Below, piece by piece: positions 45,778 to 58,050 of a stretch of 64,000 bases of DNA (position 1 is its first letter; every line of letters begins with the position of its first letter). This stretch comes from Gemmatimonadota bacterium (GTDB taxonomy: Bacteria > Gemmatimonadota > Gemmatimonadetes > Palauibacterales > Palauibacteraceae). The notes below the pieces were generated by a model, which saw only the letters and a list, made by a program, of their open reading frames with translations, did no database searches and was not told the DNA's origin. Location of the stretch: positions 1,344,001-1,408,000 of the forward strand of contig OY762926.1 in NCBI GenBank assembly GCA_963666735.1, in the 5' to 3' direction. The position numbers and the translations under genes are program-made.

Positions 45778-48700
45778 CTAGAACAGCGGCTCCGACTCGT
45801 CGCCGCCGAGCGACACGCTCAGCCCCAGCGCCTGCAGTTCCTTGACGAGCACGTTGAAGCTCTCGGGCACCCCGGGCTTGGGCAGGTTGTCGCCCTTCAC
45901 GATCGCCTCGTACACCCGGCTTCGTCCCGTCACGTCGTCCGACTTGACGGTCAGCATCTCCTGCAGTGTGTGGGCCGCGCCGTAGGCTTCCAGCGCCCAC
46001 ACTTCCATCTCCCCGAAGCGCTGCCCTCCGAACTGCGCCTTGCCGGCCAGCGGCTGCTGCGTGACAAGGCTGTAAGGACCGATGGAGCGCGCGTGGATCT
46101 TGTCGTCGACAAGGTGCGAGAGCTTCATCATGTAGATCTCGCCCACCGCGATATCCGCCACGAACTCATCGCCCGTGCGACCATCTCGCAGCCTCATCTT
46201 GCCGTTCGGACGCAGGCCCGCCCGCTCCAGCAGCTCGACAACGGCCGCGTCCACGCCCGAGGTGATCCTGCGCCGCCCCGAGAGCGCGGCGGTCTTCGGC
46301 CAGCCCTCCGACTCGAGCTTTGCCGCCGTGGTCGCGCCCGAGACATCGCGCACGACCCGGAGAACGAAGGAGGCCAGGCTGCGCAGGTACGGAGCGAGTT
46401 CACCTCCCCCTTCGAGATAGGCGTCGAGCGTGCGTCCGAGACTGGTCGGGTCATCCGACCCCGGAGCGTCTCCCTCCCAGGCCTGAATCTCGTTGACGAG
46501 CTTTTGAATCGTCTCGTACGGCAGTTCGGGCGGCTCCACGTCCGATCCGAGCGTACGAGCGGCCCAGTAGGCGCCTCCGATCTTCAGGAGAACGCCGATC
46601 TCATGCTCGGTCGCTCCCTGGAAGACGGGCGTATTCGCCTCGAACCCGAGAGCCCGCGCCGCCCAGCCCAGCGTGGTCTCGAGAATCTGTCCCACGTTCA
46701 TCCGGCTCGGTACGCCGAGTGGATTGAGCACGATCTCGACGGACTGTCCGTCGGGCAGAACCGGCATGTCCTCTTCGGGAACCACGCGGGCGATGATGCC
46801 CTTGTTCCCGTGCCGGCCGGCCATCTTGTCTCCCACCGAGATCTTTCGCTTCTCCGCCAGGTAGACCTTCACGAGCTGGACGACGCCCGGGGACAACTCG
46901 TCGGGCTGGAAGATCTTGTCGATGCCCTCCTCGGTACGCTCGCGTATCCGTTCCACTCGCGTGCGAGCCTCGGCCTCCACCCGGCGGATCAGGTCGTTCG
47001 ACTTCTCCGTCCTCACCTTCAGCGTCGAGAGGTCGATCTCTCCCAGGTCGATGCTCCGAAGTTTCGTCTTCGTCAGCTTCGTGCCCTCGGCGAACAGCGG
47101 CTCGAGGGAGCCCCGGCCGAGACACAGAAGCACCGTCTCCCCCTGTAGCAATTCGAGGATCTCCTCGTCCCGGGCTTCCATCACGCGTGCGATTTCGTCC
47201 CGCTCGCTCTCGCGCAGTTCGGCGATGCGCTCGCCGTGTTCCCGCTCCAGCAGCGGATCGTCGATTCGCCGCGAGAAGATCTTGACGTCGATCACCGTCC
47301 CTTCAACGCCGGGGGGGACGCGCAGCGAACTGTCCTTCACATCCTTGGCCTTCTCCCCGAAAATCGCCGTCAGCAGCTTTTCTTCGGGCGAAAGCTCCGT
47401 CTCCCCCTTCGGCGTGATCTTGCCGACGAGGATGTCTCCCGAGCGGACCGCCGCGCCGATGCGGACGATCCCCCGGTCGTCGAGGTCGACGAGCGCTTCC
47501 TCCGCCACGTTCGGGATCTCGCGCGTGATCTCCTCCATGCCGCGTTTCGTGTCCCGGACGTGGAGTTCGAGTTCCTGGATGTGGACCGAGGTGTAGACGT
47601 CGCCCTTGACCAGCTTCTCGCTGATCACGATCGCGTCCTCGAAATTGTGTCCGAACCAGGGCATGAAAGCGACGAGCGCGTTACGGCCGAGCGCGAGCGA
47701 GCCGCCATCCGTGCCGGCCCCGTCCGCGATCACATCGCCCGCTTCCACGCGGTCCCCGACCCGGACGATCGGCCGCTGGTTGATCGCCGTGTCCTGATTC
47801 GTGCGCCAGAACTTCCGGAGCCGGTAGGAGTCGTACTGCGTGAGGCGGGCGAGGGGAATCTCGCCGGCCGCCCGGCGGGGCTTGCCCGTGTCGACCTCGA
47901 CCTCGTCCGCCGTGACCCTCGTTACCGTCCCGGCGCGGCGCGCAAGCACGACGGCGCCGGAGTCGCGGGCCACCTTGCCCTCCAGGCCCGTGCCCACGAG
48001 CGGACGCTCGGGGAAGAGAAGCGGCACGGCTTGCCGCTGCATGTTCGACCCCATCAGCGCCCGGTTCGCGTCGTCGTGCTCGAGGAACGGAATGAGCGCG
48101 GGCGACACGGCCACCAACTGGTCCGGCGCGACATCCATGAAGTCGATCGCTTCCGGCGGCAGCAGCGGGTAGTCGTCGCGCCGCCGGCAGAGGACGAGCG
48201 AGCGGGCGAACGTCCCATCGGGGTTGAGTTCGGCGTTCGCCTGCGCGACAGCGTATTCCTCCTCTTCGCTCGCCGAGAGCCAGACGATTTCGTCCTGGGA
48301 AACCCGCTCGTTGACCACCCTGCGGTAGGGCGTCTCGAGGAAGCCCAGCTCGTTCAGACGGGAGTAGGTGGTCACGGACGTGATGAGCCCGATGTTCGGG
48401 CCCTCCGGGGTCTCGATGGGGCACATCCGTCCGTAGTGCGAGTAGTGCACGTCCCGCACTTCGAAGCCCGCGCGTTCCCGCGTCAGCCCACCCGGACCCA
48501 GCGCGCTCAGCCGTCGCTTGTGCGTCAGTTCCGAGAGCGGGTTCGTCTGGTCCATGAACTGGCTGAGCTGCGAACTTCCGAAGAAAGCCTGAATGACGGC
48601 GCTTACCGTACGCGCGTTCACGAGATCGTCGATGGAGATCTTCTCAGGGTCGCTGTTGATCGACATCCGCTCGCGAACCAGACGGGCCATGCGCGACAGT

Positions 48701-50376
48701 CCGACGGAAAACTGGTTCGCGATGAGTTCGCCGATGGACCGGACGCGGCGGTTCCCGAGATGGTCGATGTCGTCCGTGTATCCACGGCCCTCGTGCAGTT
48801 CGACCAGGTAGCGGATAATCGCCACGAAGTCGGACGGGTCCAGCACCACGAGTTCGCCCGCGGGGATCTCGAGACCGAGCAGTCGATACACGTCCTTGAG
48901 CCGGTGGTTGATCTTGTGTCGCCCCACCCGGCCCAGATCGTATCGCTTGGGGTTGAAGAAGAGCCGGTCGAGCGCGCCGCGGGCCGTCGCGAGGTTCGGC
49001 GCCTCGCCGGGTCGGACGAGCGAATAGATGGAGTGCAGCGCGGCCGCCTCGCTCGCCGTCGGGTCCTTCGCGAGCGTGTTGCGCAGCAGCGGCGACTCCC
49101 CGCGCGGACCACCCGTGAACACCAGGGCCTCGCGAGCCTTCTCCGCCTTGAGCTGCGCGAACAGGCTCGAATCGAAGCGCGCGCCCTTCTCGGCCAGGAC
49201 TTCTCCCGTGTCCTCGGCCACGACATCGGCGGCGAGCTGCGGACTCGAACTCCAGTCGCGGCGCATGGCGAGATCCTCGTAGGTCCCGCGCAGCGGTACG
49301 AACGTCGCGCTCGAGAACACCTCGACCTCCAGCACGCCCGCGCGCACGAGGCGCTCGAGGGCTTCTTCGCTCAACAGCTCCCCGCGGCGCACGATGAAGG
49401 CGTCTTCGTCCTCGAACACCTCGACACTCGTGATCTCCCGGTCGAGGATGCGCTGCAGCAACTCCGCGTCGAGCAGGTCGCCGAGGGCCGCAATCGGCTC
49501 TCCGCCATCCGCGCCGGCAAGGTCGCGCGCCAGCCAGTGCGGCGCGTCCGGAGCGGGCTCGTAGCCATGCAGTTCCAGCGCCTCGGGATCATCGTCGAAG
49601 TCAGGGTTCGCGATGCTCTGGGCCACCAGCGTCCCCGTGACCTCGCGATGCGCCGACGATTCCCCATCATCCTCCGCGTCGATCCGGACGAGCCGACGCC
49701 GACAGAAGCACTCGAGGATGTCCACGTCCCGCCCGTAGCCGAACGCCCGCAGCAGTGCGGTGGCGGGGAATTTCTTCTTCTTGTCGATATGGACGTGGAT
49801 CACGTCGTGGATATCGAGCGTGAATTCGACCCAGGAGCCGCGGAACGGGATGATCCGGGACGAAAAGAGGCGCGTGCCGTTGGGGTGCAGCGTCTCTTCG
49901 AATACGACGCCGGGGGAACGGTGAAGCTGGCTCACGATGACCCGCTCCGCCCCGTTCACGACGAACGTTCCCTGCTCCGTCAGGAGCGGCAGATCCCCGA
50001 GATAGACTTCCTTCTCCAGGATATCGCCCGGGCGCTTCTCGCCGTCCTTCCCGACCGTCTCGAAGATGACCAGCCGCAGCCGCGCCTTCAACGGCGCGGA
50101 GTAGGTCATGTCGCGCTCGATGCACTCCTCGACCTCGTACTTCGGCTCTCCGAGCGAGTAGCTGACGAACTCGAGCGAGAAGTTCTCGTTGACGTCCGTA
50201 ATCGGGAAAATCTCCCGAAAAACACGCTCGAGACCGAGATCCCGGCGCTCATCTTCCATCGCCTTCGATTGCAGCAGACGCTCGAACGCTTCCCGCTGGA
50301 CATCCAGGAAATGCGGCATGTGCATGGGGCGGGCGAGCTTGTCGAACGAGACCGCAAGTCTGCCGTTGGCCGTCAA
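45778..50376 (-). CDS. rpoB: RNA polymerase subunit beta with lineage-specific insertions (1532 aa)
   Basis: [34 protein letters not shown] start with GGAGG SD. Confidence 0.99.
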   Translation of the reverse strand: MTANGRLAVSFDKLARPMHMPHFLDVQREAFERLLQSKAMEDERRDLGLERVFREIFPITDVNENFSLEFVSYSLGEPKYEVEECIERDMTYSAPLKARLRLVIFETVGKDGEKRPGDILEKEVYLGDLPLLTEQGTFVVNGAERVIVSQLHRSPGVVFEETLHPNGTRLFSSRIIPFRGSWVEFTLDIHDVIHVHIDKKKKFPATALLRAFGYGRDVDILECFCRRRLVRIDAEDDGESSAHREVTGTLVAQSIANPDFDDDPEALELHGYEPAPDAPHWLARDLAGADGGEPIAALGDLLDAELLQRILDREITSVEVFEDEDAFIVRRGELLSEEALERLVRAGVLEVEVFSSATFVPLRGTYEDLAMRRDWSSSPQLAADVVAEDTGEVLAEKGARFDSSLFAQLKAEKAREALVFTGGPRGESPLLRNTLAKDPTASEAAALHSIYSLVRPGEAPNLATARGALDRLFFNPKRYDLGRVGRHKINHRLKDVYRLLGLEIPAGELVVLDPSDFVAIIRYLVELHEGRGYTDDIDHLGNRRVRSIGELIANQFSVGLSRMARLVRERMSINSDPEKISIDDLVNARTVSAVIQAFFGSSQLSQFMDQTNPLSELTHKRRLSALGPGGLTRERAGFEVRDVHYSHYGRMCPIETPEGPNIGLITSVTTYSRLNELGFLETPYRRVVNERVSQDEIVWLSASEEEEYAVAQANAELNPDGTFARSLVLCRRRDDYPLLPPEAIDFMDVAPDQLVAVSPALIPFLEHDDANRALMGSNMQRQAVPLLFPERPLVGTGLEGKVARDSGAVVLARRAGTVTRVTADEVEVDTGKPRRAAGEIPLARLTQYDSYRLRKFWRTNQDTAINQRPIVRVGDRVEAGDVIADGAGTDGGSLALGRNALVAFMPWFGHNFEDAIVISEKLVKGDVYTSVHIQELELHVRDTKRGMEEITREIPNVAEEALVDLDDRGIVRIGAAVRSGDILVGKITPKGETELSPEEKLLTAIFGEKAKDVKDSSLRVPPGVEGTVIDVKIFSRRIDDPLLEREHGERIAELRESERDEIARVMEARDEEILELLQGETVLLCLGRGSLEPLFAEGTKLTKTKLRSIDLGEIDLSTLKVRTEKSNDLIRRVEAEARTRVERIRERTEEGIDKIFQPDELSPGVVQLVKVYLAEKRKISVGDKMAGRHGNKGIIARVVPEEDMPVLPDGQSVEIVLNPLGVPSRMNVGQILETTLGWAARALGFEANTPVFQGATEHEIGVLLKIGGAYWAARTLGSDVEPPELPYETIQKLVNEIQAWEGDAPGSDDPTSLGRTLDAYLEGGGELAPYLRSLASFVLRVVRDVSGATTAAKLESEGWPKTAALSGRRRITSGVDAAVVELLERAGLRPNGKMRLRDGRTGDEFVADIAVGEIYMMKLSHLVDDKIHARSIGPYSLVTQQPLAGKAQFGGQRFGEMEVWALEAYGAAHTLQEMLTVKSDDVTGRSRVYEAIVKGDNLPKPGVPESFNVLVKELQALGLSVSLGGDESEPLF

Positions 50377-50569
50377 ATCGTACCTCCCGCGGGGAACCCC
50401 GCGAGTACATGGGAGATGCGCAAATACCGGAGACCACCCGCAAGCGGTCGCGCCGGTTCGTGCATGGTGTGAGGTCGGACCCCCGCGTTACCGGCCCGGC
50501 TGCGATCCGTCCGCAGCCCGGAACCGATCGGATGATCGACGCCGGGGCCCGCCACGCTCTTCAGCGCGG

Positions 50570-50944
50570 CTACTTGAGATCCGCCGTGGCGCCCTGCTCT
50601 TCGAGCTTCGCCTTGACCTCCTCCGCCTCCTCCTTCGACACGCCTTCCTTGACGGGTCCGGGGGCGTTGTCGACGACGGCCTTCGCTTCCTTGAGACCCA
50701 GGCTCGTCACTTCACGCACGACCTTGATCACCTGGATCTTCTTGCTGCCTACCGCCGTGAGGACGACATCGAACTCCGTCTGTTCCTCCTCGGCGGCGTC
50801 TCCTCCGCCACCGGGAGCGGCGGCGACGGCGACCGGCGCGGAGGCCGACACGCCGAAGGTTTCCTCCATTTTGTCTTTCAGCTCGGCGGCTTCGAGCACC
50901 GTCAGCGAGCCGATCTGCTGCAGAAGATCGTCGATTTTGGACAT
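50570..50944 (-). CDS. rplL: 50S ribosomal protein L7/L12
   Basis: [31 protein letters not shown]. Confidence 0.98.
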   Translation of the reverse strand: MSKIDDLLQQIGSLTVLEAAELKDKMEETFGVSASAPVAVAAAPGGGGDAAEEEQTEFDVVLTAVGSKKIQVIKVVREVTSLGLKEAKAVVDNAPGPVKEGVSKEEAEEVKAKLEEQGATADLK

Positions 50945-51010
50945 GTTCTTCCGTTCCCTGGATCCTGTACGCATTCCGCACGCCCGCACGTCACGGGCAT
51001 GCGTACCACC

Positions 51011-51535
51011 TCAGGCGGACTCGTTCTTCCTTCCGACCTGTTCGATCATGTCTGCGATGTCGCGGAAGAGCGCATTCAGAGCGCCGGCGATGCCGGCAAC
51101 GCTCGCCGTGAGCCCGCCCGCGATGCCGCCGAGCAGAATCTCTCGCGAAGGCAGATCGGCGAGACGCCCCACTTCCTCCGGCGACGTTTCCACCCGGTTG
51201 ATGACGCCGACCTTTACCACCGGCCGGTCTTCGTTCGCTTTCGCGAATTCCTTCAGCACCCTCGCCGGCGCGACCGGGTCGGCGTCGCTGAGGATGAGCC
51301 CCGTCGGACCCTCGAGATGGGCGCTCAGGTCCGGGAGATCCAGATCCTCGAGCGCCCGCTTCATGAGGGTGTTCTTCACGACCCGATAGCTCAGGCCCTC
51401 GTCTCGGAGTCGCGTTCGGAAATCCGTGATCGCCTTCACGTCCAGCCCGGTGAAGTCGGTCAGGTAGATCGTCCCGCTCTCTTCGATCTGCGCAGTGAGT
51501 TCCTGCGTGACGCGCTGCTTTTCTTCGAGTTTCAT
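51011..51535 (-). CDS. rplJ: 50S ribosomal protein L10
   Basis: [21 protein letters not shown]. Confidence 0.97.
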   Translation of the reverse strand: MKLEEKQRVTQELTAQIEESGTIYLTDFTGLDVKAITDFRTRLRDEGLSYRVVKNTLMKRALEDLDLPDLSAHLEGPTGLILSDADPVAPARVLKEFAKANEDRPVVKVGVINRVETSPEEVGRLADLPSREILLGGIAGGLTASVAGIAGALNALFRDIADMIEQVGRKNESA

Positions 51536-51539
51536 GGAT

Positions 51540-52229
51540 CTATCGGTACAGGTCCTCGTCGACGGGAATACCGAGACCCATCGTGCTGGTCACGGTCACG
51601 CTCTTCACGTACCGACCCTTCGCCGCAGCGGGCTTCAACCGCACGATCTCGTCCATGAGCGCATCGAGATTCTCGCTCAGCTGGTCGAGTTCGAAGCTCA
51701 CTTTTCCAATCGGCGCGTGCACGTTGCCGGTACGGTCCACCCGGAATTCGATCTTGCCCGCCTTCGATTCGCGAACGGCGCGACTCACGTCCATGGTGAC
51801 CGTGCCGGCCTTCGGCGTGGGCATGAGGCCACGCGGACCGAGTATCCGGCCCAGCCTGGCAACATCCTTCATCAGGTCCGGCGTCGCGATCGCCACGTCG
51901 AAGTCGAGCCACCCCTCCTGAATCCGCTCGATGTAGTCGGTTCCGACGTAGTCCGCGCCAGCTTCCGTCGCTTCGGCCGCCCGGTCCGCCTTCACGAGAG
52001 CGAGCACGCGCACCTTGCGCCCCGTGCCTGCAGGCAGGATGACCGTGCCACGCACGATCTGGTCCGCCTTGCGCGGATCCACGCCCAGGCGCACCGCGGC
52101 TTCGACCGTCTCGTCGAAGTTTGCGAACGCCGTTGTCTTCACGCGCTCGAGCGCCTCGCGAGGCGCGAGGGCGCCATTCGACGGAGCGTCCCCTACGGCG
52201 GAGCGGTATTTCCTGCCGTGTTTCGGCAT
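51540..52229 (-). CDS. rplA: 50S ribosomal protein L1
   Basis: [25 protein letters not shown]. Confidence 0.98.
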   Translation of the reverse strand: MPKHGRKYRSAVGDAPSNGALAPREALERVKTTAFANFDETVEAAVRLGVDPRKADQIVRGTVILPAGTGRKVRVLALVKADRAAEATEAGADYVGTDYIERIQEGWLDFDVAIATPDLMKDVARLGRILGPRGLMPTPKAGTVTMDVSRAVRESKAGKIEFRVDRTGNVHAPIGKVSFELDQLSENLDALMDEIVRLKPAAAKGRYVKSVTVTSTMGLGIPVDEDLYR

Positions 52230-52248
52230 GTCTCCCGGTCTCTCCCGA

Positions 52249-52680
52249 TCAGTCGGCCCGCTCGATCCCCATGGATCGTGCGGTGCCCGCGATCATCCGC
52301 ATCGCGGCCTCTTCATCCGCCGCGTTGAGATCCTTCATCTTGATTCTGGCGATCCTGCGCAGCTGGTCGTCCGTGACCCTGCCGACCTTCTCCCGATTGG
52401 GGACCGGGGAACCCGATTCGAGACCGAGTTCCTTCTTGAGCAGTTCCACCGCCGGCGGCGTCTTGGTGATGAAACTGAACGTCCGGTCCTTGTAGACCGT
52501 GATCTCGACCGGGATGATCGTGCCGGCTTCCTGCTGCGTCTGCGCGTTGAACGCCTTGCAGAAGTCCATGATGTTGAGGCCGTGCTGGCCCAGCGCCGGA
52601 CCCACGGGCGGGGCCGGATTCGCCTGCCCCCCCGGAATCTGCAGCTTGATGAACCCGGTAACCTGTTTCTTCGGCGGCAT
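52249..52680 (-). CDS. rplK: 50S ribosomal protein L11
   Basis: [22 protein letters not shown]. Confidence 0.98.
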   Translation of the reverse strand: MPPKKQVTGFIKLQIPGGQANPAPPVGPALGQHGLNIMDFCKAFNAQTQQEAGTIIPVEITVYKDRTFSFITKTPPAVELLKKELGLESGSPVPNREKVGRVTDDQLRRIARIKMKDLNAADEEAAMRMIAGTARSMGIERAD

Positions 52681-53261
52681 CAGAACCCCTGCAACTGCGT
52701 GTAGTCCAGTTCAACCGAGGTCGGGCGCCCGAACAGGCTCACCTGCACGCGCACCTTGCCCTTCTCCGCAAACACTTCTTCCACCGTTCCGCTGAAATCG
52801 CTGAACGGTCCCTCCATGACTTCCACGACCTGCCCCGGCCGGAAGGGGATCTCCGTTTCCGGGCCCGCCTGCTCGAGTTCATCCGCGATCCCGAGAATCT
52901 TGTTCATCTCCTCGGTCTTGAGCGGCTGGGGATCCTTCCCGCTCCCGACGAACTTGATGACGCCGGGCACGTTGTTCACGACGTACATCGTGTTCTGGTC
53001 CAGCAGCATCTGAATGAGCACGTAGCCCGGGTAGAGCCGCTTCGTCGATTTGACGCGCTTCCCTCCCTTGATCTCGACAACTTCCTGCGTCGGGACGATG
53101 ACCTCGCGAATCGGGGGCTCATCCCCGTACTCCTGGATCTTCTGCTCCAGAAGCGTCTTCACTTTCTTCTCGTGGCCCGAATACGTCTGCAGCGCGTACC
53201 AGCGCAGCACATCCTCGGGAGATCCCGTCTGCGCGGCTCCCGCGCCCGCCGACTCAACCAC
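52680..53261 (-). CDS. nusG: Transcription factor NusG
   Basis: [37 protein letters not shown]. Confidence 0.97.
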   Translation of the reverse strand: MVESAGAGAAQTGSPEDVLRWYALQTYSGHEKKVKTLLEQKIQEYGDEPPIREVIVPTQEVVEIKGGKRVKSTKRLYPGYVLIQMLLDQNTMYVVNNVPGVIKFVGSGKDPQPLKTEEMNKILGIADELEQAGPETEIPFRPGQVVEVMEGPFSDFSGTVEEVFAEKGKVRVQVSLFGRPTSVELDYTQLQGF

Positions 53262-53460
53262 CGAACGACCTGACGACGAACCGCACCGACGCCGCGAAGA
53301 CCGAATCCATGGCCCCGATGACGATGGCCATGATGAAGACGAAGATCAGGATGCCGATCGTTGCACCGCGCAACTGATCCTTGTCGGGCCATGTGACCCG
53401 ACGCATCTCGACCTGTACCTGTTCCGCGAATTCCTGGGTTCTTCTGACGATGCCGGCCAA
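53254..53460 (-). CDS. secE: Preprotein translocase subunit SecE
   Basis: EMRRVTWP plus single TM helix, between rpmG and nusG. Confidence 0.93.
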   Translation of the reverse strand: MAGIVRRTQEFAEQVQVEMRRVTWPDKDQLRGATIGILIFVFIMAIVIGAMDSVFAASVRFVVRSFGG

Positions 53461-53469
53461 TCGAATCCC

Positions 53470-53619
53470 TTACCGTGTTTCTTTGTGCATTGTGTGTCCG
53501 TTACAGCGGCGACAGTACTTCTTCTGCTCGGCCCGCTGCGGATGGGTCCGCCGATTCTTCGTCGTCGAATAGTTGCGCTCCTTGCACTGCGTACATTCGA
53601 GCGTAATCCGAGCCCTCAT
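53470..53619 (-). CDS. rpmG: 50S ribosomal protein L33 (not in ORF track)
   Basis: Manual translation [49 protein letters not shown]. Confidence 0.97.
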   Translation of the reverse strand: MRARITLECTQCKERNYSTTKNRRTHPQRAEQKKYCRRCNGHTMHKETR

Positions 53620-53628
53620 TTGCGTTTC

Positions 53629-54822
<1,194 letters not shown>

Positions 54823-54942
54823 CGCCCCTCGTTCTCCTCTCGGACTTCGGGTTCGGCGGAGTGGCCCGCGACGGGCGCTTCTCCTGCTCGTCCTGCTCGC
54901 GCGCGGGCTACGCCCTTTGTTTCGTCAGTGGTCTCGTGAAGG

Positions 54943-55025
54943 TGGTGGGGGGAGGATTCGAACCTCCGAAGGCATAAGCCAGCAGATTTACAGTCTGCCC
55001 CGTTTGGCCGCTTCGGTACCCCACC
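54943..55025 (-). tRNA. tRNA-Tyr (GUA)
   Basis: GGTGGGG/CCCCACC acceptor stem, GCAGA-CTGTAAA-TCTGC anticodon arm, long variable arm, GGTTCGAATCC T-arm. Confidence 0.96.
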
Positions 55026-55109
55026 GCCGGTACCTGGCGCCCGATCGACGCCCGATCGATGAGTTCCAGGGTGCGCCGCTTCGGGGCGGCTGTTCGTCCG
55101 ACTCGACCG

Positions 55110-55182
55110 AGCTGGCGGTGGGACTCGAACCCACAACCTCCGGATTACAAATCCGACGCTCTACCGGTTGAGCTACGCCAGC
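55110..55182 (-). tRNA. tRNA-Thr (UGU)
   Basis: GCTGGCG/CGCCAGC acceptor stem, TAGCTCA..GGTAGAGC D-arm, TTTGTAA anticodon loop, GGTTCGAGTCC T-arm. Confidence 0.96.
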
Positions 55183-55206
55183 GACCCTTCCGCACAATAG
55201 TCTTCT

Positions 55207-55236
55207 AACATATGGGCACGCGTGACCCACCGTCAA
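55207..55236 (-). promoter_or_regulatory. Sigma70 promoter of the tRNA-tuf-rif cluster
   Basis: TTGACG-18 nt-TATGTT, 24 nt upstream of tRNA-Thr. Confidence 0.65.
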
Positions 55237-55284
55237 GGTGTTTTCGAGCATCCGATTCGGTCGCCGCTCGCGAGCGCCGGCGCG

Positions 55285-56760
55285 TCATCCTGCCGCCCCG
55301 AGGGGACGCGGCACCTGGACCGTGCGACCCCCCATCCGAAGGCGCGTGAACTCCGCCAGATCCTCCACGACCACCCCACAGGCTTCGAGTTCGGCGCGAA
55401 TCGCGTCGGCGCGCGCGAAGTCCCGGCTCGCCCGGGCGCGCTCACGTTCCCCGACGCGCGCCGTGGCCCAGGCGAAGAGCTCGTCGTCGTCACCGGATGA
55501 TTCCCGGTCCCGCACGGCCAGCACGCCGAAGATGCGATCGAATGCGTCGATCACGTCGAGGGCGGCCTCGGTGCCCGACGGGGCCAGGGGACGGGCGACG
55601 TCGAGCAGGTGATTCGCCTCCCGGACGAGCCCGAACACGGCCGAAAGCGCCTCACTCACGTTCAGGTCGTCATCCATCGCCGCCTCGAATGCGGCGCGCG
55701 CTCGCGCCGCGACCTTGCCGAGATCGGTCGACGCATCCGTCTCCGCCTCGCCGGCCTCGCGCGCGCGGTTCCTGAACTCGTGGAGGCGGGTCACGGCCTT
55801 CGCCGCGGCCTCCAAGCCGTCGAACGTGAAGTTCAGCTGGGCCCGGTAGTGTCCGCTGAGCAGCAGATACCGGATCGCGGAGGGCGCGTGTCCGCGTTCG
55901 ATCAGTTCCGGGATCGTGAAGCAGTTGCCGAGCGATTTCGACATCTTCCGGCCTTCCACCAGAAGGTGCTCGGCATGGAGCCAGAACTCCGAGAACTGCT
56001 TCCCCGTCGCCCCTTCCGACTGAGCGATTTCGTTGGTGTGATGCGGGAAGAGGTTGTCCACGCCTCCGGCATGGATGTCCAGCGTTTCACCCAGATGGTG
56101 CATCGCCATCGCCGAGCACTCGAGGTGCCAGCCCGGCCGGCCCGGCCCCCACGGAGAATCCCACACCGCTACGGCCCCGTCGCCACCGCGGTCGCCGCCC
56201 TTCCAGAGGACGAAATCTCTCGGGTCGTCCTTGTCGTACTCCTCATCTCCGGCGGCCCTGCCGGCCGCCTCGAGTTCCCTCGAGTCGATGCCCGCCAGCC
56301 GCCCGTATTCGGGGGAACGCCCGATCGCGAAGTACACGGAGCCGTCGCTCTCGTACGTGAGTCCCCGCTCGGAGAGGGCCTCGACCAGCCGGATCATCCC
56401 TTCGATGTAACGGGTCGCGCGCGGCCGGTGCTCGGGTTCCTCGAGCCCCAGCGTGTCCCAGTCCTCGAGGAACATCTCGATGACGGGATCCGTGACCCCG
56501 GCCAGCGGCACGCCCCGGGCGGAGGCCGCCGCGATCGTCCGATCATCGACGTCCGTCAGGTTCATGACCTGGCAGACCTCGTATCCCCTGAACCGGAGGT
56601 AGCGACGCAGCAGATCTTCCCACGTAAAGGCGCGGAAGTTCCCGATATGCGCGCGGTCGTACACCGTCGGCCCGCAGGTGTACATCCGCACCCGGCCCGG
56701 TTCGACGGGCTTGAACGGGCGGAGCCGCCGCGTCAGGGAGTCGTAGAGTCGGAGGCTCAT
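55285..56760 (-). CDS. cysS: Cysteine--tRNA ligase
   Basis: YTCGPTVY, HIGN, GRPGWHLECSAM, KMSKS, ADAIR. Confidence 0.98.
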   Translation of the reverse strand: MSLRLYDSLTRRLRPFKPVEPGRVRMYTCGPTVYDRAHIGNFRAFTWEDLLRRYLRFRGYEVCQVMNLTDVDDRTIAAASARGVPLAGVTDPVIEMFLEDWDTLGLEEPEHRPRATRYIEGMIRLVEALSERGLTYESDGSVYFAIGRSPEYGRLAGIDSRELEAAGRAAGDEEYDKDDPRDFVLWKGGDRGGDGAVAVWDSPWGPGRPGWHLECSAMAMHHLGETLDIHAGGVDNLFPHHTNEIAQSEGATGKQFSEFWLHAEHLLVEGRKMSKSLGNCFTIPELIERGHAPSAIRYLLLSGHYRAQLNFTFDGLEAAAKAVTRLHEFRNRAREAGEAETDASTDLGKVAARARAAFEAAMDDDLNVSEALSAVFGLVREANHLLDVARPLAPSGTEAALDVIDAFDRIFGVLAVRDRESSGDDDELFAWATARVGERERARASRDFARADAIRAELEACGVVVEDLAEFTRLRMGGRTVQVPRPLGAAG

Positions 56761-57404
56761 CGCCCACCTGGGGGAAGGTAGTGTTCCGTTCTCCAGATGC
56801 GGTAGGCGGCGATTTCCTCCGCACGACGCGCGCGGGAGATCTGCAGACAGCCACCCAACTGGCGATCCGACCGGTCGAGGATGAGTCCCGCGAGGACGCC
56901 GGCCTCGCGCGCGAACGCGAGTTCGTCCAGCGGCTCGTACGCGGGACCGCCGAAGAGGAGTCGCGCCGCGATCCACCCGTCGACGAACCCGTCGACCGCC
57001 TCGACTTCCCGGGAGACGAGCACGTCGCAGGCCACGTCGGGATCCTGACGCACGGCGTGCATTCGCAGAACCGCGTAACTCTCGTAGGCCCGGCCGGCCT
57101 CCCGCAGATTCCCCGGCATCACGAGCGCGGCGCTCGAATCCGTCACGACCTCGACCGCGTTCCACGGCCACGCATCCCGCGCCTCGGACTCGTCGAGGTC
57201 GCGGCCGAACGACCGGAAGTAGAGCACGAGAGGGTCCTCCACGAGATCGGTCATGAGGGAGTCGGAACGATCCCGGAAGCGGAGGAGGAGGTCGGCCTCG
57301 AACTCCGCGACACTGCCCGAGGGGGCCGTCAGGCGATACTGGGCGTCGACCGACTCCGCACCGACGAACCCGGCGAGCACGACCAGCGCCGCAGCGACCC
57401 GCAG
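56757..57404 (-). CDS. Hypothetical secreted protein (start codon uncertain)
   Basis: Signal-peptide-like LRVAAALVVLAGFVGAESVDAQ; stop overlaps cysS start (ATGA); fills the gap exactly. Confidence 0.6.
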   Translation of the reverse strand: MRVAAALVVLAGFVGAESVDAQYRLTAPSGSVAEFEADLLLRFRDRSDSLMTDLVEDPLVLYFRSFGRDLDESEARDAWPWNAVEVVTDSSAALVMPGNLREAGRAYESYAVLRMHAVRQDPDVACDVLVSREVEAVDGFVDGWIAARLLFGGPAYEPLDELAFAREAGVLAGLILDRSDRQLGGCLQISRARRAEEIAAYRIWRTEHYLPPGGR

Positions 57405-57417
57405 TCGGCGGCTCCGG

Positions 57418-57894
57418 CTACCGGCCGTCCGCCGTGAGGACGAGTTGGGGGCGTTCCGCCTCGGAGTCCGGCCGCCGGTCGAGGAGGCCGGCGAATTCGA
57501 GAACGTCATCGCCCGCCCCGCCGAGCAGTTCGCGCTCGCGGGCGAGCAGATTGTTCGAGACTTCGAGCGCCGAGCGCTCGCCGGTCCAGTGCTCCTCCAC
57601 CACATCCCAGCCAAGCTCCTCTCCGATCCGATGCGTCACATACGCACAACAGAAAACATCATCCAGAAAACCGTACGGCCCGACCTCATCTTCCGGGATC
57701 ACATCGTCCGGGCTCACGAGGTAGGCGATGGCCGCATCCACCAGAATCCTCTGCTGCCGGGTCAGGCGCGGGTCCTTCATGAGGGTGAACATCAACAAAC
57801 CGTAGACGGGCGCGAGGATGACGACGTCACGCAGCGTGCCGGCGTATCGTGCGACCTGATCCTTCAGGCCCTGGAGGTAGGCGCTGCTTGGCAT
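57418..57894 (-). CDS. YkvA/DUF1232-family protein
   Basis: AIAYLVSPDDVIPE..GPYGFLDD motif; ATG at 57894 with GGAAGGGG SD. Confidence 0.8.
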   Translation of the reverse strand: MPSSAYLQGLKDQVARYAGTLRDVVILAPVYGLLMFTLMKDPRLTRQQRILVDAAIAYLVSPDDVIPEDEVGPYGFLDDVFCCAYVTHRIGEELGWDVVEEHWTGERSALEVSNNLLARERELLGGAGDDVLEFAGLLDRRPDSEAERPQLVLTADGR

Positions 57895-58050
57895 CCCCTT
57901 CCAATCCCGATCCCGGTGGATCGCGCTACCGGGCGGCCAGCCCGACGGGTACGACCCGGCGGCGGGCGCGACGCCCAAAACATACAACCGGCTCTTTCCC
58001 CCTGTAACCCCTTCACTCCGCGCGGTGGCGGGGTCCGGGCGCGCGACGGA

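Noticed and set aside
46240..46596. Intein in RpoB
   Set aside because: No N-terminal Cys/Ser block, no C-terminal His-Asn and no homing-endonuclease motif.
48490..48590. Resistance substitutions in the RpoB rifampicin-resistance region (and S12 PKKPNS)
   Set aside because: Both read as the wild-type consensus.
54823..55109. Extra or degenerate tRNAs in the spacers around tRNA-Tyr
   Set aside because: No T-arm (GTTCRA) or cloverleaf outside the two called tRNAs.
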